From: a plasmid
Strand: one strand, 5' to 3'
Sequence record: NZ_LR134445.1
DNA length: 64,000 bases
Shown here: positions 8,835 to 17,615 of the stretch, one piece after another
Layout: every line of letters starts with the position of its first letter
Position numbering within the stretch: position 1 is the first letter of the stretch
The notes under the pieces: generated by a model
What the model saw: only the letters and a program-made list of their open reading frames with translations
Database searches by the model: none
Told to the model about the DNA's origin: nothing
Translations under genes and position numbers: made by a program

Positions 8835-10469
8835 TCAGTCGAAGCGGAAGCCGGCGTAGTCGGCGACTGCCTCGTCGCAGATCCGGCGGTATTCGGGGAA
8901 GCCCCCGCACCAGCTGAGCAGGCCGTTCGGCTTACCGTCGACGTTGGTGCCGGTCCACCAGGAGGCGGTGTCCGGGATGACCGTCATGTTCGAGATGGTG
9001 TCGTGCAGGGCGAGGAATTCGTCCGCCGCGTCCTGGCGGGTGTCCACGACACGATGGCCCTCGGATTCCATGTGGGCGAGGAAATCGCCGATCCACTCGC
9101 CCTGCTGCTCGATCAGGGTCGGACCGTTGGTGAGGATCGCGGGGTTCTGCGGGCCGCAGTAGTGCAGGAACATGTTCGGGAACCCGGGCACGGTCATCCC
9201 GATGTACGTGGCGGGCCGGTCGGCCCACCGCTCCTGCAGCAGGACCCCGTTCGTGTCGCGGATGTTCATGGAGTACAGCGCACCGGTGTAGGCGTCGAAG
9301 CCCGTGGCGAAGAGGATCACATCGACCTCGTGCTCGGTGCCGTCCGTCATGCGGATTCCGGTGGAGGTCACTTCGGCGACCGGGTTGTCCTTCATGTCCA
9401 CGATCGCGACGTTGTCGCGGTTGAACGCCGCGTAGTACCCGTGCTCGATCGGCGGGCGCTTGCTGACGAACGGCGATGTCGGCGAGAGCCGCTCGGCGAG
9501 GGCGGGATCGCGCACGACGTTCGCGATCTTCTCGCGGAGGAAGTCGAGGACGAACCCGTTCACCTCGCGGTCGGTGAGGACGTCGGCGAAGCCGGAGAAG
9601 GCCGGAGTGAGTCCGCCCTTCTCCCAGAGCCGCTCGAGCACGTCCCGTCGTTCCTCCGGCGACATCTCGGCACCGATTCCCGCGAAGTCCGGGTAGGGGA
9701 AGCCGCCGAAGTTCGCGCGGGCCTTCTCGAAGATCTCGGGATGGCTGGACTCGATCGCCTTCCAGTCCTCGGCGTCGAGTTCGTGATTGCGCCCGGGGAG
9801 GCAGTGGTACGGATTGCGGGAGAACTCGTAGACCTGGGCCGCGGTGCGGGCCACCACCGGGATGATCTGGACGGCGGTGGCTCCGTTGCCGATGACGGCG
9901 ACGCGCTTGCCGGTGAAGTCGATGTCCTGCTCGGGCATCCGCGCGGTGTGGTGCCACTGGCCTTCGAACGTGTCGAGGCCGGGAAACGCGGGCATGTTCG
10001 GCGTGCTCAGCACTCCGACGGCGGGGATGAAGTACTTGGCGGTCACCGTCCGGCCCGAATCCGTCTCGATCGTCCATCGCCCGGAGGCGGCGTCGAACTG
10101 CGCACCGGTCACCTTCGTCCCGAAAGTGATGTTCCCGCGGAGGCCCTCGCGGTCCGCGACCCACGCGAGGTAGCTCTGGATCTCCGGCTGCGACGGATAC
10201 CGCTCGCTCCACTTCCACTCGGCGAGAAGGTCCGGATTGAAGTAGTCCGAGAAGCTGTAGACGGTGCTGTCGCTGTCGGAGCGCGCGCCGGGGTAGCGGT
10301 TCCAGTGCCACGTGCCGCCCACGTCGGTGCCTGCCTCGAGGCAGCGGGCCGAGAGTCCGAGCTCACGCAGCCGCCGCAGGGTGTACAGGCCTGAGAATCC
10401 GGCGCCGACGACGACCGCATCGACCGTCTCGATCGCCGCCGGCGTTGTCTCCTGCGCTGTGGTGGTCAT
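8835..10469 (-). CDS. Baeyer-Villiger (flavin-containing) monooxygenase
   Basis: FAD Rossmann VVVGAGFSGL, BVMO fingerprint FEGQWHHTARMP, second dinucleotide site VIGNGATA. GGGAGA RBS before internal ATG. Confidence 0.9.
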   Translation of the reverse strand: MTTTAQETTPAAIETVDAVVVGAGFSGLYTLRRLRELGLSARCLEAGTDVGGTWHWNRYPGARSDSDSTVYSFSDYFNPDLLAEWKWSERYPSQPEIQSYLAWVADREGLRGNITFGTKVTGAQFDAASGRWTIETDSGRTVTAKYFIPAVGVLSTPNMPAFPGLDTFEGQWHHTARMPEQDIDFTGKRVAVIGNGATAVQIIPVVARTAAQVYEFSRNPYHCLPGRNHELDAEDWKAIESSHPEIFEKARANFGGFPYPDFAGIGAEMSPEERRDVLERLWEKGGLTPAFSGFADVLTDREVNGFVLDFLREKIANVVRDPALAERLSPTSPFVSKRPPIEHGYYAAFNRDNVAIVDMKDNPVAEVTSTGIRMTDGTEHEVDVILFATGFDAYTGALYSMNIRDTNGVLLQERWADRPATYIGMTVPGFPNMFLHYCGPQNPAILTNGPTLIEQQGEWIGDFLAHMESEGHRVVDTRQDAADEFLALHDTISNMTVIPDTASWWTGTNVDGKPNGLLSWCGGFPEYRRICDEAVADYAGFRFD

Positions 10470-10566
10470 CAGGATCTCCCTTCGTATCCGGCTCTCACTC
10501 GCCACCGGCGGCGGCTGCAGTTAGTGACTCCGGTCACACGAATATGGAGTTCGCGGTGCCCCACCT

Positions 10567-10647
10567 CCCCACCCGTTCGGGTGGTCTTCGGCGGTTCCGG
10601 CCCACCCCGCCCGGTGAGGCGGGGTGGCCCACCCGTTCGGGTGGGGG
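10567..10647. promoter_or_regulatory. Three stem-loops sharing the stem CCACCC/GGGTGG in the BVMO/ADH divergent intergenic region
   Basis: CCACCCGTTCGGGTGG occurs twice (~10567 and ~10628), flanking CCACCCCGCCCGGTGAGGCGGGGTGG. Confidence 0.35.
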
Positions 10648-10711
10648 CGGTCCCGGCGAGCGGCCCTACCGTGCTCGGCGAGTGATGTAGAACACAACGA
10701 AAGGGAATCTC

Positions 10712-11752
10712 ATGAAGGCGCTCAAGCTGACCGGGCCCGGCCGGATCGAACTCCAGGACGTCCCGGTGCCCGACATCGGGCCCGACGAGGTGCTCATCAA
10801 GGTCGTCGGCGCCGGGCTGTGCCATTCGGACCTGCACATCCTCCACCAGGGCGAGGAGTGGCCGTTCTTCGGCACGACGATGGGCCACGAGACGGCGGGC
10901 CTCGTCGACGCGGTGGGCGCCGACGTCCGCGACCTCGCCGTCGGAGAGCCCGTCCTGGTGCGCGCGGTGTGGTCGTGCGGCGAGTGCCGGCCCTGCACGG
11001 TCGGGCGAGAGAACGCGTGCTCGGTCAACGGCAGCCGGAACAAGTTCCCCCTGACCCCGGGGATCGGGGCCGACGGCGGCATGGCCGACTACATCAAGGC
11101 CCGGCCGGAGCATATCGATCGGCTCGGGGCCGTCGACGTGGCGAGCGCCGCGCCGCTCGCGGACGCGGGACTGACTCCCATGCACGCGATCCGCAGCGTG
11201 CGCGATCGCCTCGACGACGGGGCGACCGTCGTGGTGATCGGCATCGGCGGGCTCGGACACATGGCCGTGCAGATCCTGCGTGCGACCACATCGGCCCGGA
11301 TCATCGCCGTGGATGTCGATGCCGCGCGCCTCGAGGCCGCGCTGCGCAACGGCGCCGACCGCGCGATCCTCTCCGGGCCGGAAGCCGCGTCGGAGATCCT
11401 CGCGGAGAGCGACGGCTACGGGGTCGACGCCGTCCTCGACTTCGTGGGCGCCCAGGCCACCGTCGAACTCGCGACCGGCGTGGTCGCTCCGGAGGGGGCG
11501 GTCCGCCTCGTCGGACTCGCCGGTGGTTCGTTCCCGTTCAACGCGAGCCTCGAGGGCGAGGTGCTGCCGTGGGGCGCCAACGTCCAGAGGTCGTACGGCG
11601 GAACGCCCGCCGATCAGGCCGAGGTGCTGGCACTGGTCGCGGACGGCCGGATCGCGGTGGACGTCGTGATGTATCCGCTCGCGGACGCGCAGCGCGCCTT
11701 CGACGACCTCGAGGCCGGGCGAATCACCGGGCGAGCGATTCTCGTTCCCTGA
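10712..11752 (+). CDS. Zn-dependent alcohol dehydrogenase (MDR family)
   Basis: GroES-like N-terminus with catalytic Zn ligands (GAGLCHSDLH) and structural Zn Cys cluster (CGECRPC). Rossmann VIGIGGLGHMAVQ. Confidence 0.9.
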   Translation: MKALKLTGPGRIELQDVPVPDIGPDEVLIKVVGAGLCHSDLHILHQGEEWPFFGTTMGHETAGLVDAVGADVRDLAVGEPVLVRAVWSCGECRPCTVGRENACSVNGSRNKFPLTPGIGADGGMADYIKARPEHIDRLGAVDVASAAPLADAGLTPMHAIRSVRDRLDDGATVVVIGIGGLGHMAVQILRATTSARIIAVDVDAARLEAALRNGADRAILSGPEAASEILAESDGYGVDAVLDFVGAQATVELATGVVAPEGAVRLVGLAGGSFPFNASLEGEVLPWGANVQRSYGGTPADQAEVLALVADGRIAVDVVMYPLADAQRAFDDLEAGRITGRAILVP

Positions 11753-11801
11753 CCCCCGGTGACCGTCTCGCGTTACCGTCGAGGGGACGACGGGAGCGGG
11801 C

Positions 11802-12179
11802 ATGGACGAGCGGGTGGAATCGACGCAGGCGGCGCGGCAGATGCTGGGCGAGCTGTGGGACGGCAACGGGCCGCTGCTGATCCACCAGAGCGGCGGCTGC
11901 TGCGACGGCTCGTCGCCCATGGTCTTCACCGTCGACGAGTTCCGCGTGGGCGACGCCAACGTGCGGCTCGGCACCGTCGAGCTCGGGGACGGGCGCGACG
12001 TGCCGATCTGGGTGTCGGACGGCGAGGCGCGGGTGTGGGAGAGTAGCGTCCTCGTGCTGGACCTCGAACCCGGCCGCGCCGCCGGCTTCTCGCTCGAGGG
12101 CGCCACGGGGAAGCGCTTCGTCTCGCGGGTCCGGATCACGGGCGCCGACGATGCCGCCTGCCCGGTCCCGCAGTCCTGA
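11802..12179 (+). CDS. DUF779 domain protein
   Basis: 125 aa, GGCCDGSSPM motif. From memory, this family is usually found beside alcohol/aldehyde dehydrogenases. Confidence 0.55.
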   Translation: MDERVESTQAARQMLGELWDGNGPLLIHQSGGCCDGSSPMVFTVDEFRVGDANVRLGTVELGDGRDVPIWVSDGEARVWESSVLVLDLEPGRAAGFSLEGATGKRFVSRVRITGADDAACPVPQS

Positions 12180-12256
12180 GCGAGCGCGACCGGAGGCGCG
12201 CGGCTACCGTCGGTCGTGAGGCGTGCGAATGACACGCCGTCGATGGAGGTGAGGCC

Positions 12257-12667
12257 GTGCCCGAGCAGTACGACATCGACAGCGAGGCATCGATCGCACG
12301 CCGGGAGGCCGGCGTGGAGGTGCTCGAGGGCATCGACGGCGCCGAGGCCAGGACGGTGATCGACGGGCTGGCCGAGGTCAACCCCGCGCTCGCACACCAC
12401 ATCGCGGCATGGGGGTTCGGCGACGTCTACGCCCGGCCCGGCCTGAACCCGCGCGACCGGCAGCTGGTGACGCTGGGCATTCTGACCGCGCTCGGCGGGA
12501 CCGAGAACCAGCTGCGAGTGCACGTGAACACCTCGCTCAACGTGGGTATCACCCGCGAGGAGATCAACGAGGTCCTGCTGCACGCCGCCGTCTACACGGG
12601 TTTCCCTCGGGCGATCAACGCGACGCTGGTCGCGCGGGACGTGTTCGCGGAGCGCGACGACGCCTGA
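12257..12667 (+). CDS. Carboxymuconolactone decarboxylase family (AhpD-like) protein
   Basis: 136 aa, HHIAAWGFGDVYARPGL...REEINEVLLHAAVYTGFPRAINA. Confidence 0.75.
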   Translation: MPEQYDIDSEASIARREAGVEVLEGIDGAEARTVIDGLAEVNPALAHHIAAWGFGDVYARPGLNPRDRQLVTLGILTALGGTENQLRVHVNTSLNVGITREEINEVLLHAAVYTGFPRAINATLVARDVFAERDDA

Positions 12668-13325
12668 CGGTGTCGGCCAGCCGGCGGTCCCAGCGCGCCC
12701 ACGACGCGGGCGGGAGGAGAGCCAGGCCCACGGCGACGCCCGCGATCCCGATCGCGAAACCGGCCGCGGTGTCGGAGAACCAGTGCACGCCCAGGTACAG
12801 GCGGCTCGCCGCGACGGCACCGATCACCGCCGCGGGGACGACGAGCGCGAGCAGCCGCCGCCGGGCGGCCCAGCCTGCGGAGACGGCCACCGTCGTGGCC
12901 AGGAGCAGGGCGGTCGTGCCCGTGACGTGCCCCGACGGGAAGCCGTAGTCGGTCTCGTTCGCGAGGTGGTCGACGAGCGGTGGGCGCTGTCGGGCGAACG
13001 TGTATTTCAGCGCCAGGGTCGCCGCAGACGCGACCGCCGTACTCCCGAGCACGAAGACCGCGGACGCGGCGGACCGTCGCCACGCGAGGAGCGCAGCGAC
13101 GAACACGCCGAGCGCGATGGTGCCGCCCGGCGAGAAGACGTCAGTGATGAGCCGCATCGCGGTCGTGAGCGCCGTATCGCGGTGCTCGATCATCTCCTCC
13201 AGCACCTCGCCGTCGGCCTCGGTGACGGGGCGCCGGCCGACGAGCAGGCCTAGGGCGACGACGGCGCCGACGAGCGCCACCGCGGCGGCCAGGTAGTACC
13301 GGCCGCGCCGGTCGAGAGTGGGCAT
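12615..13325 (-). CDS. PAP2 family phosphatase (membrane)
   Basis: Motifs KYTFARQRP, PSGH, SRLYLGVHWFSD. Start taken at MPTLDRRG (residue 49 of ORF 12615..13469). Confidence 0.8.
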   Translation of the reverse strand: MPTLDRRGRYYLAAAVALVGAVVALGLLVGRRPVTEADGEVLEEMIEHRDTALTTAMRLITDVFSPGGTIALGVFVAALLAWRRSAASAVFVLGSTAVASAATLALKYTFARQRPPLVDHLANETDYGFPSGHVTGTTALLLATTVAVSAGWAARRRLLALVVPAAVIGAVAASRLYLGVHWFSDTAAGFAIGIAGVAVGLALLPPASWARWDRRLADTVRRRRAPRTRPARPASR

Positions 13326-13386
13326 CCGACCAGATTGCCCGCGCGAAAGTCGTTCGCGCAACCCAAGACCGGGTAAAGCGCACCTC

Positions 13387-14118
13387 ATGACCAGGGGTGT
13401 CGGGGGTAGCGTGGGCGGGGTGAGGAAGCGACTGAGGCGGGCGCGCGCGGCGCGGCTGCAGCGCGACACCCTGTACGCGGACGTCTCCGAGTGGCAGCCG
13501 CCGCTGCCCGAGAAGTACCCCTACCGGTGGGTCGCGATCCGCTCCAACGACGGCACCTACCGTGACCGCCGTTTCGCCGCCAATTGGGACACGGTGCGGC
13601 GGATGCTCGACGACGGCCGGCTGGTCGGCGCCATCGTCTACGCCGTGGTCCGTCCCAACTGGGAGGAGACCCTCGCGGTCCACCTGGAGATGCAGGGCGA
13701 GGACCGGCCCGACGTGGTGACCATGGCCGACGCCGAGTCCTGGGGCGGGCAGATCGTCGGCGACCATTCCGACGCCTTCAACCGCTTCACGTGGGGCGCC
13801 TCCGACTGGCGCGGCGGCGGCGCCGACCCGCGGCCCACCCGCTGCATCGGCTACCTCAACCCCAACGACATCGGCATCTGGCCGACGCTGCCCGACATGC
13901 CCTTCGTCGTGCCGTCCTACGGCGCGCTACCCGAGTTCTCCCGGGCACCGGAACTGGGGCGGCGCTTCGCGATCCACCAGTACACCGACGGCAGCGGTTA
14001 CGGCGGCGGGCTGCCCGAGGGCTACGGCCGCGTGCGGTGTGACATGAACGCCGCCAACGGCCTCGACCCGTGGCAGCTCGGCGATCTGCTCGGCACCACC
14101 ACGATCCCGGTGGACTGA
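13387..14118 (+). CDS. GH25-like glycoside hydrolase (muramidase-fold) protein, no signal peptide
   Basis: LYADVSEWQ near N-terminus and C-terminal HQYTDGSGYGGGLPEGYGRVRCDMN, resembling GH25 lysozymes and recalled Rv2525c-like proteins. Confidence 0.55.
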   Translation: MTRGVGGSVGGVRKRLRRARAARLQRDTLYADVSEWQPPLPEKYPYRWVAIRSNDGTYRDRRFAANWDTVRRMLDDGRLVGAIVYAVVRPNWEETLAVHLEMQGEDRPDVVTMADAESWGGQIVGDHSDAFNRFTWGASDWRGGGADPRPTRCIGYLNPNDIGIWPTLPDMPFVVPSYGALPEFSRAPELGRRFAIHQYTDGSGYGGGLPEGYGRVRCDMNAANGLDPWQLGDLLGTTTIPVD

Positions 14119-14119
14119 G

Positions 14120-14872
14120 TCAGTCGCCGTACGCGCTGTAGACGGTGTCCGGGAGAGTGGGCAGCCAGCCGTCGACCCACGCGCCGGCGTAGGCCCGGTC
14201 GCCGCCGGCGATCAGCTCGACGACGTGCCCGGGCAACTCCGCGGCGACGAGGGGCAGCAGCCGCAGGCCGTCGTCGCGGTACCGCTGTGCCGCGGCGTCC
14301 GAGCTCCAGCCCGTCTCCCAGTCCAGCTCGCTGTCCCAGATCGCCTGCCACGCCTGCAGTTCGGCCGCGAGGGCCGCGGGCAGGTTCAGGTGCTCGGGCC
14401 CGATGTTCCCGTAGGTGGCCCAGAGGGCGGTGCTGCCGTAGTCGCTCATCAGCCGGACCCACCGCTCGGGCGCCTCGTCGAACTGTCGCACGTCGGTGCC
14501 CGCGGGGAGCGGCGTCTCGCCCGACGGTGACCACCCCGTCGCCCACCCGCCGGCGTAGCCGCGCTCGGCGATCGGCCAGAGGCTGTACTCGATCACGAAG
14601 CCGGGCACCTCGACGACCAGCGCGTCGAGGATCGCGTGCGCCTCACGGGCGTAGTCCGCCTCGGCTTCCGCTGTGCGCCAGCCTTCGCGGCCACCGAGAT
14701 GGTCGGCCTCCAACAGCGCCTGCCAGGCGGCGATACGGGTGGCGAGTGCCCCGGAGAGGCCGAGGTCCTCAGCGCTCAGCGGGCGCAGCTGATCCACGCC
14801 GACGAGCGGGGGCCGATCGACGTCGGGCCACACGTGCAGGACGCGGGCTGGAATGAGCGGACTGTCGGGCAT
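14120..14872 (-). CDS. Hypothetical protein with internal tandem duplication
   Basis: Two ~90-aa repeats (L.AALA...AWQA...GW...Y...E.PG.V.E...YAG.W..GW.P). GC3-rich frame. Confidence 0.45.
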   Translation of the reverse strand: MPDSPLIPARVLHVWPDVDRPPLVGVDQLRPLSAEDLGLSGALATRIAAWQALLEADHLGGREGWRTAEAEADYAREAHAILDALVVEVPGFVIEYSLWPIAERGYAGGWATGWSPSGETPLPAGTDVRQFDEAPERWVRLMSDYGSTALWATYGNIGPEHLNLPAALAAELQAWQAIWDSELDWETGWSSDAAAQRYRDDGLRLLPLVAAELPGHVVELIAGGDRAYAGAWVDGWLPTLPDTVYSAYGD

Positions 14873-14941
14873 CCGGCCAGGCTACGCGGGTGGTTGTGCG
14901 AACGCATCGACATATGGCAGGAGTGATGGTAGGAAAATGGT

Positions 14942-15196
14942 ATGAGAACGACCATCGACGGGGCGGGCCGGATCGTGGTGCCGAAGGCGATCCGGGACGC
15001 GATGGGGTTGAGCGCGGGGAGGGCAGTGGACGTGACGTTCGCAGACGGGCGCATCGAGATCGAGGTGGCACCTGTTGAGATCGACATCGTGCCGGGCCAC
15101 CCGTTTCCGAAGGCCGTACCGCGGGAGCCGATTCCGCCACTGACCGACGAGATGGTCCGTCGGACCCTCGAAGAGGTCCGGCAGTGGCCGCGCTAG
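14942..15196 (+). CDS. vapB: AbrB/MazE-type antitoxin (VapB-like)
   Basis: 84 aa, GRIVVPKAIRDAMGLSAGRAVDV swapped-hairpin motif. Overlaps the PIN gene. Confidence 0.75.
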   Translation: MRTTIDGAGRIVVPKAIRDAMGLSAGRAVDVTFADGRIEIEVAPVEIDIVPGHPFPKAVPREPIPPLTDEMVRRTLEEVRQWPR

Positions 15197-15588
15197 CGTG
15201 CGACACCAGCGTCCTGCTTCCGTCGTTGCTGTCCTGGCACCATGCGCACACCAGGTGCGCATTCGCGTTGGCGCAGCAGGAGTTCGCGGTGCCCGCGCAT
15301 GTGCTGATGGAGACCTTCAGCGTGCTCACCAGGCTCCCCGAGAATCGTCTCTCGCCGGTGCAGGCCGCCGCGCTCATCGCAGGCGTCGACGCACCCTTGA
15401 TCGATCTTCCCGCCGCTGAGCACCGACGGGTGGTGGAGGCCCTGGGGGCGCGCGGAATCGGCGGCGGCGCGACCTACGACGCGCTGGTGGGTGCAACCGC
15501 GGCGCACCACGGAATGACACTCCTGACCGCTGACCTGCGGGCGCCGCGCACCTACGAGGCGGTCGGGGCCACCTACCGGACGGTGTGA
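15184..15588 (+). CDS. vapC: PIN-domain ribonuclease toxin (VapC)
   Basis: GTG start overlapping antitoxin by 13 nt. Acidic residues LACDTSVLLP...ETFSVLTR...TYDALVGATAAHHGMTLLTAD. Confidence 0.8.
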   Translation: MAALACDTSVLLPSLLSWHHAHTRCAFALAQQEFAVPAHVLMETFSVLTRLPENRLSPVQAAALIAGVDAPLIDLPAAEHRRVVEALGARGIGGGATYDALVGATAAHHGMTLLTADLRAPRTYEAVGATYRTV

Positions 15589-15926
15589 GGCGGCACCGTC
15601 GGGCGGGAACAGCGGACAGCGGATCGCTCAGTCCGATCTTCGGTGCATGTCGGCGAGGGATCGTTGGCGTGTCGTCGCAGGATTGGACCGAAGATCGGCG
15701 GGCGGGCGAGCTCCACAGAGCTCATCCGGTTGGAGCGAAGTGGCAGCGAAGGCGGGGTATGCGGATCGCGCATCGATCGGTCCCATGAAACAGCTGGAAC
15801 CTGCGTGTTCGCGGGTATGCGTGGGACGCATGGCTTGCGTGAGCAACACGACCCCACACGCCGCCGGCGGCCCGCTGCCCTGCCGGCCGGCCGCGCACCG
15901 TCGGGCAGGAGCACCCGGACGTGCGA

Positions 15927-15959
15927 GCGGCGCCGCCCCCGGATGGGGGACGGCGCCGC
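15927..15959. terminator. Hairpin between convergent vapC and aldehyde dehydrogenase genes
   Basis: GCGGCGCCGCCCCC-GGAT-GGGGGACGGCGCCGC near-perfect inverted repeat. Confidence 0.4.
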
Positions 15960-15990
15960 GGACACCCTCAGGCGTAGCCCGGGCAGGGGA

Positions 15991-17514
15991 TCAGAAGAAG
16001 CCCTGCGCACCCGGTGCGTACGAGACCAGCAGGTTCTTGGTCTGCTGGTAGTGATCGAGCATCATCTTGTGGTTCTCACGGCCGATGCCCGAGTCCTTGT
16101 AGCCGCCGAACGCCGCGTGCGCCGGGTACTGGTGGTAGGTGTTCGTCCAGACGCGGCCGGCCTGGATGTCGCGGCCAGCGCGGTAGGCGACGTCGCCGTT
16201 GCGCGACCACACGCCGGCGCCGAGGCCGTAGCGGGTGTCGTTGGCGATCTCCATCGCGTTGTCGTAGCCGTCGAAGGACGTCACCGCGAGCACCGGGCCG
16301 AAGATCTCCTCCTGGAAGATCCGCATGTCGTTCGTGCCGGAGAAGATCGTCGGCTGGATGTAGTAGCCGCCCGACAGATCGCCGCCCAGGTCGGCCGCCT
16401 CGCCGCCGGTCACCAGGGTCGCGCCCTCGTTCTTACCGATCTCGATGTACGACAGGATCTTCTCGTGCTGCTCCTTCGAGGCCTGCGCGCCGATCATGGT
16501 GTCGGTGTCCAGCGGGTCGCCCTGGATGATCGACTTGGTGCGGATGGAGCCGAGCTCGAGGAACTCGTCGAAGATCGGCTTCTCCAGCAGCGCGCGCGAC
16601 GGGCAGGTGCAGACCTCGCCCTGGTTGAGCGCGAACATCGTGAAGCCCTCGAGGGCCTTGTCCTGGTAGTCGTCGTTCGCGGCCATGACGTCCTTGAAGA
16701 AGACGTTCGGGCTCTTGCCGCCCAGCTCCAGGGTCACGGGGATGAGGTTGTCGGCGGCGTAGCCCGCGATCAGCTTGCCCGTGGTGGTCTCGCCGGTGAA
16801 GGCGATCTTGCGGATCCGCTTCGACGAGGCCAGCGGCTTGCCGGCCTCCAGGCCGAAGCCGTTGACGATGTTCACCACGCCCGCGGGCAGCAGGTCGCCG
16901 ATGAGCGACCACAGGTACAGCACCGACACCGGGGTCTGCTCGGCGGGCTTCAGGACGATCGCGTTGCCGGCGGCCAGCGCGGGCGCCAGCTTCCACACGG
17001 CCATGAGGATCGGGAAGTTCCACGGGATGATCTGGCCGACCACGCCGAGCGGCTCGTGGAAGTGGTACGCGACGGTGTTCTCGTCGATCTCCGAGATCCC
17101 GCCCTCCTGGGAGCGCAGGCACGACGCGAAGTACCGGAAGTGGTCGATGGCGAGGGGGATGTCCGCATTGAGGGTCTCGCGGATCGGCTTGCCGTTGTCC
17201 CAGGACTCGGCGAGGGCGATCGACTCGAGGTTGGCCTCCATGCGATCGGCGATCTTGAGCAGGATCCCCGCGCGGACGGCCGGCGCGGTCTTGCCCCAGG
17301 CGGGGGCGGCCGCGTGCGCGGCGTCCAGCGCCAGCTCGATGTCCTCGGCGGTGGACCGCGCCACCTCGCAGAAGCCCTGGCCGGTGACCGGGGTGACGTT
17401 CTCGAAGTACTGGCCCTTGACCGGGGCGACCCACTCGCCGCCGATCCAGTTGTCGTAGCGGGACTGGTAGCTCATGAGGGAGCCGGCGGCCCCGGGGCGT
17501 GCGTAAACGGTCAT
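15991..17514 (-). CDS. NAD(P)-dependent aldehyde dehydrogenase
   Basis: 507 aa from [24 protein letters not shown], catalytic EVCTC. The longer ORF 15991..18537 is upstream read-through. Confidence 0.9.
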   Translation of the reverse strand: MTVYARPGAAGSLMSYQSRYDNWIGGEWVAPVKGQYFENVTPVTGQGFCEVARSTAEDIELALDAAHAAAPAWGKTAPAVRAGILLKIADRMEANLESIALAESWDNGKPIRETLNADIPLAIDHFRYFASCLRSQEGGISEIDENTVAYHFHEPLGVVGQIIPWNFPILMAVWKLAPALAAGNAIVLKPAEQTPVSVLYLWSLIGDLLPAGVVNIVNGFGLEAGKPLASSKRIRKIAFTGETTTGKLIAGYAADNLIPVTLELGGKSPNVFFKDVMAANDDYQDKALEGFTMFALNQGEVCTCPSRALLEKPIFDEFLELGSIRTKSIIQGDPLDTDTMIGAQASKEQHEKILSYIEIGKNEGATLVTGGEAADLGGDLSGGYYIQPTIFSGTNDMRIFQEEIFGPVLAVTSFDGYDNAMEIANDTRYGLGAGVWSRNGDVAYRAGRDIQAGRVWTNTYHQYPAHAAFGGYKDSGIGRENHKMMLDHYQQTKNLLVSYAPGAQGFF

Positions 17515-17615
17515 GGCGGACCTCCAGATGAGTGGCGTGATGTCAGTCACATTCCACCCTACGCAGTGACCGTTGCAACAACGTTGCAGTCGGTTGCAGC
17601 CCTGATCCGCCCAGG

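Noticed and set aside
17568-17600. Sigma-54 promoter (TTGCA -12 box)
   Set aside because: Actinobacteria lack RpoN and no GG -24 element is at the right spacing, so it is interpreted as a regulator operator instead.
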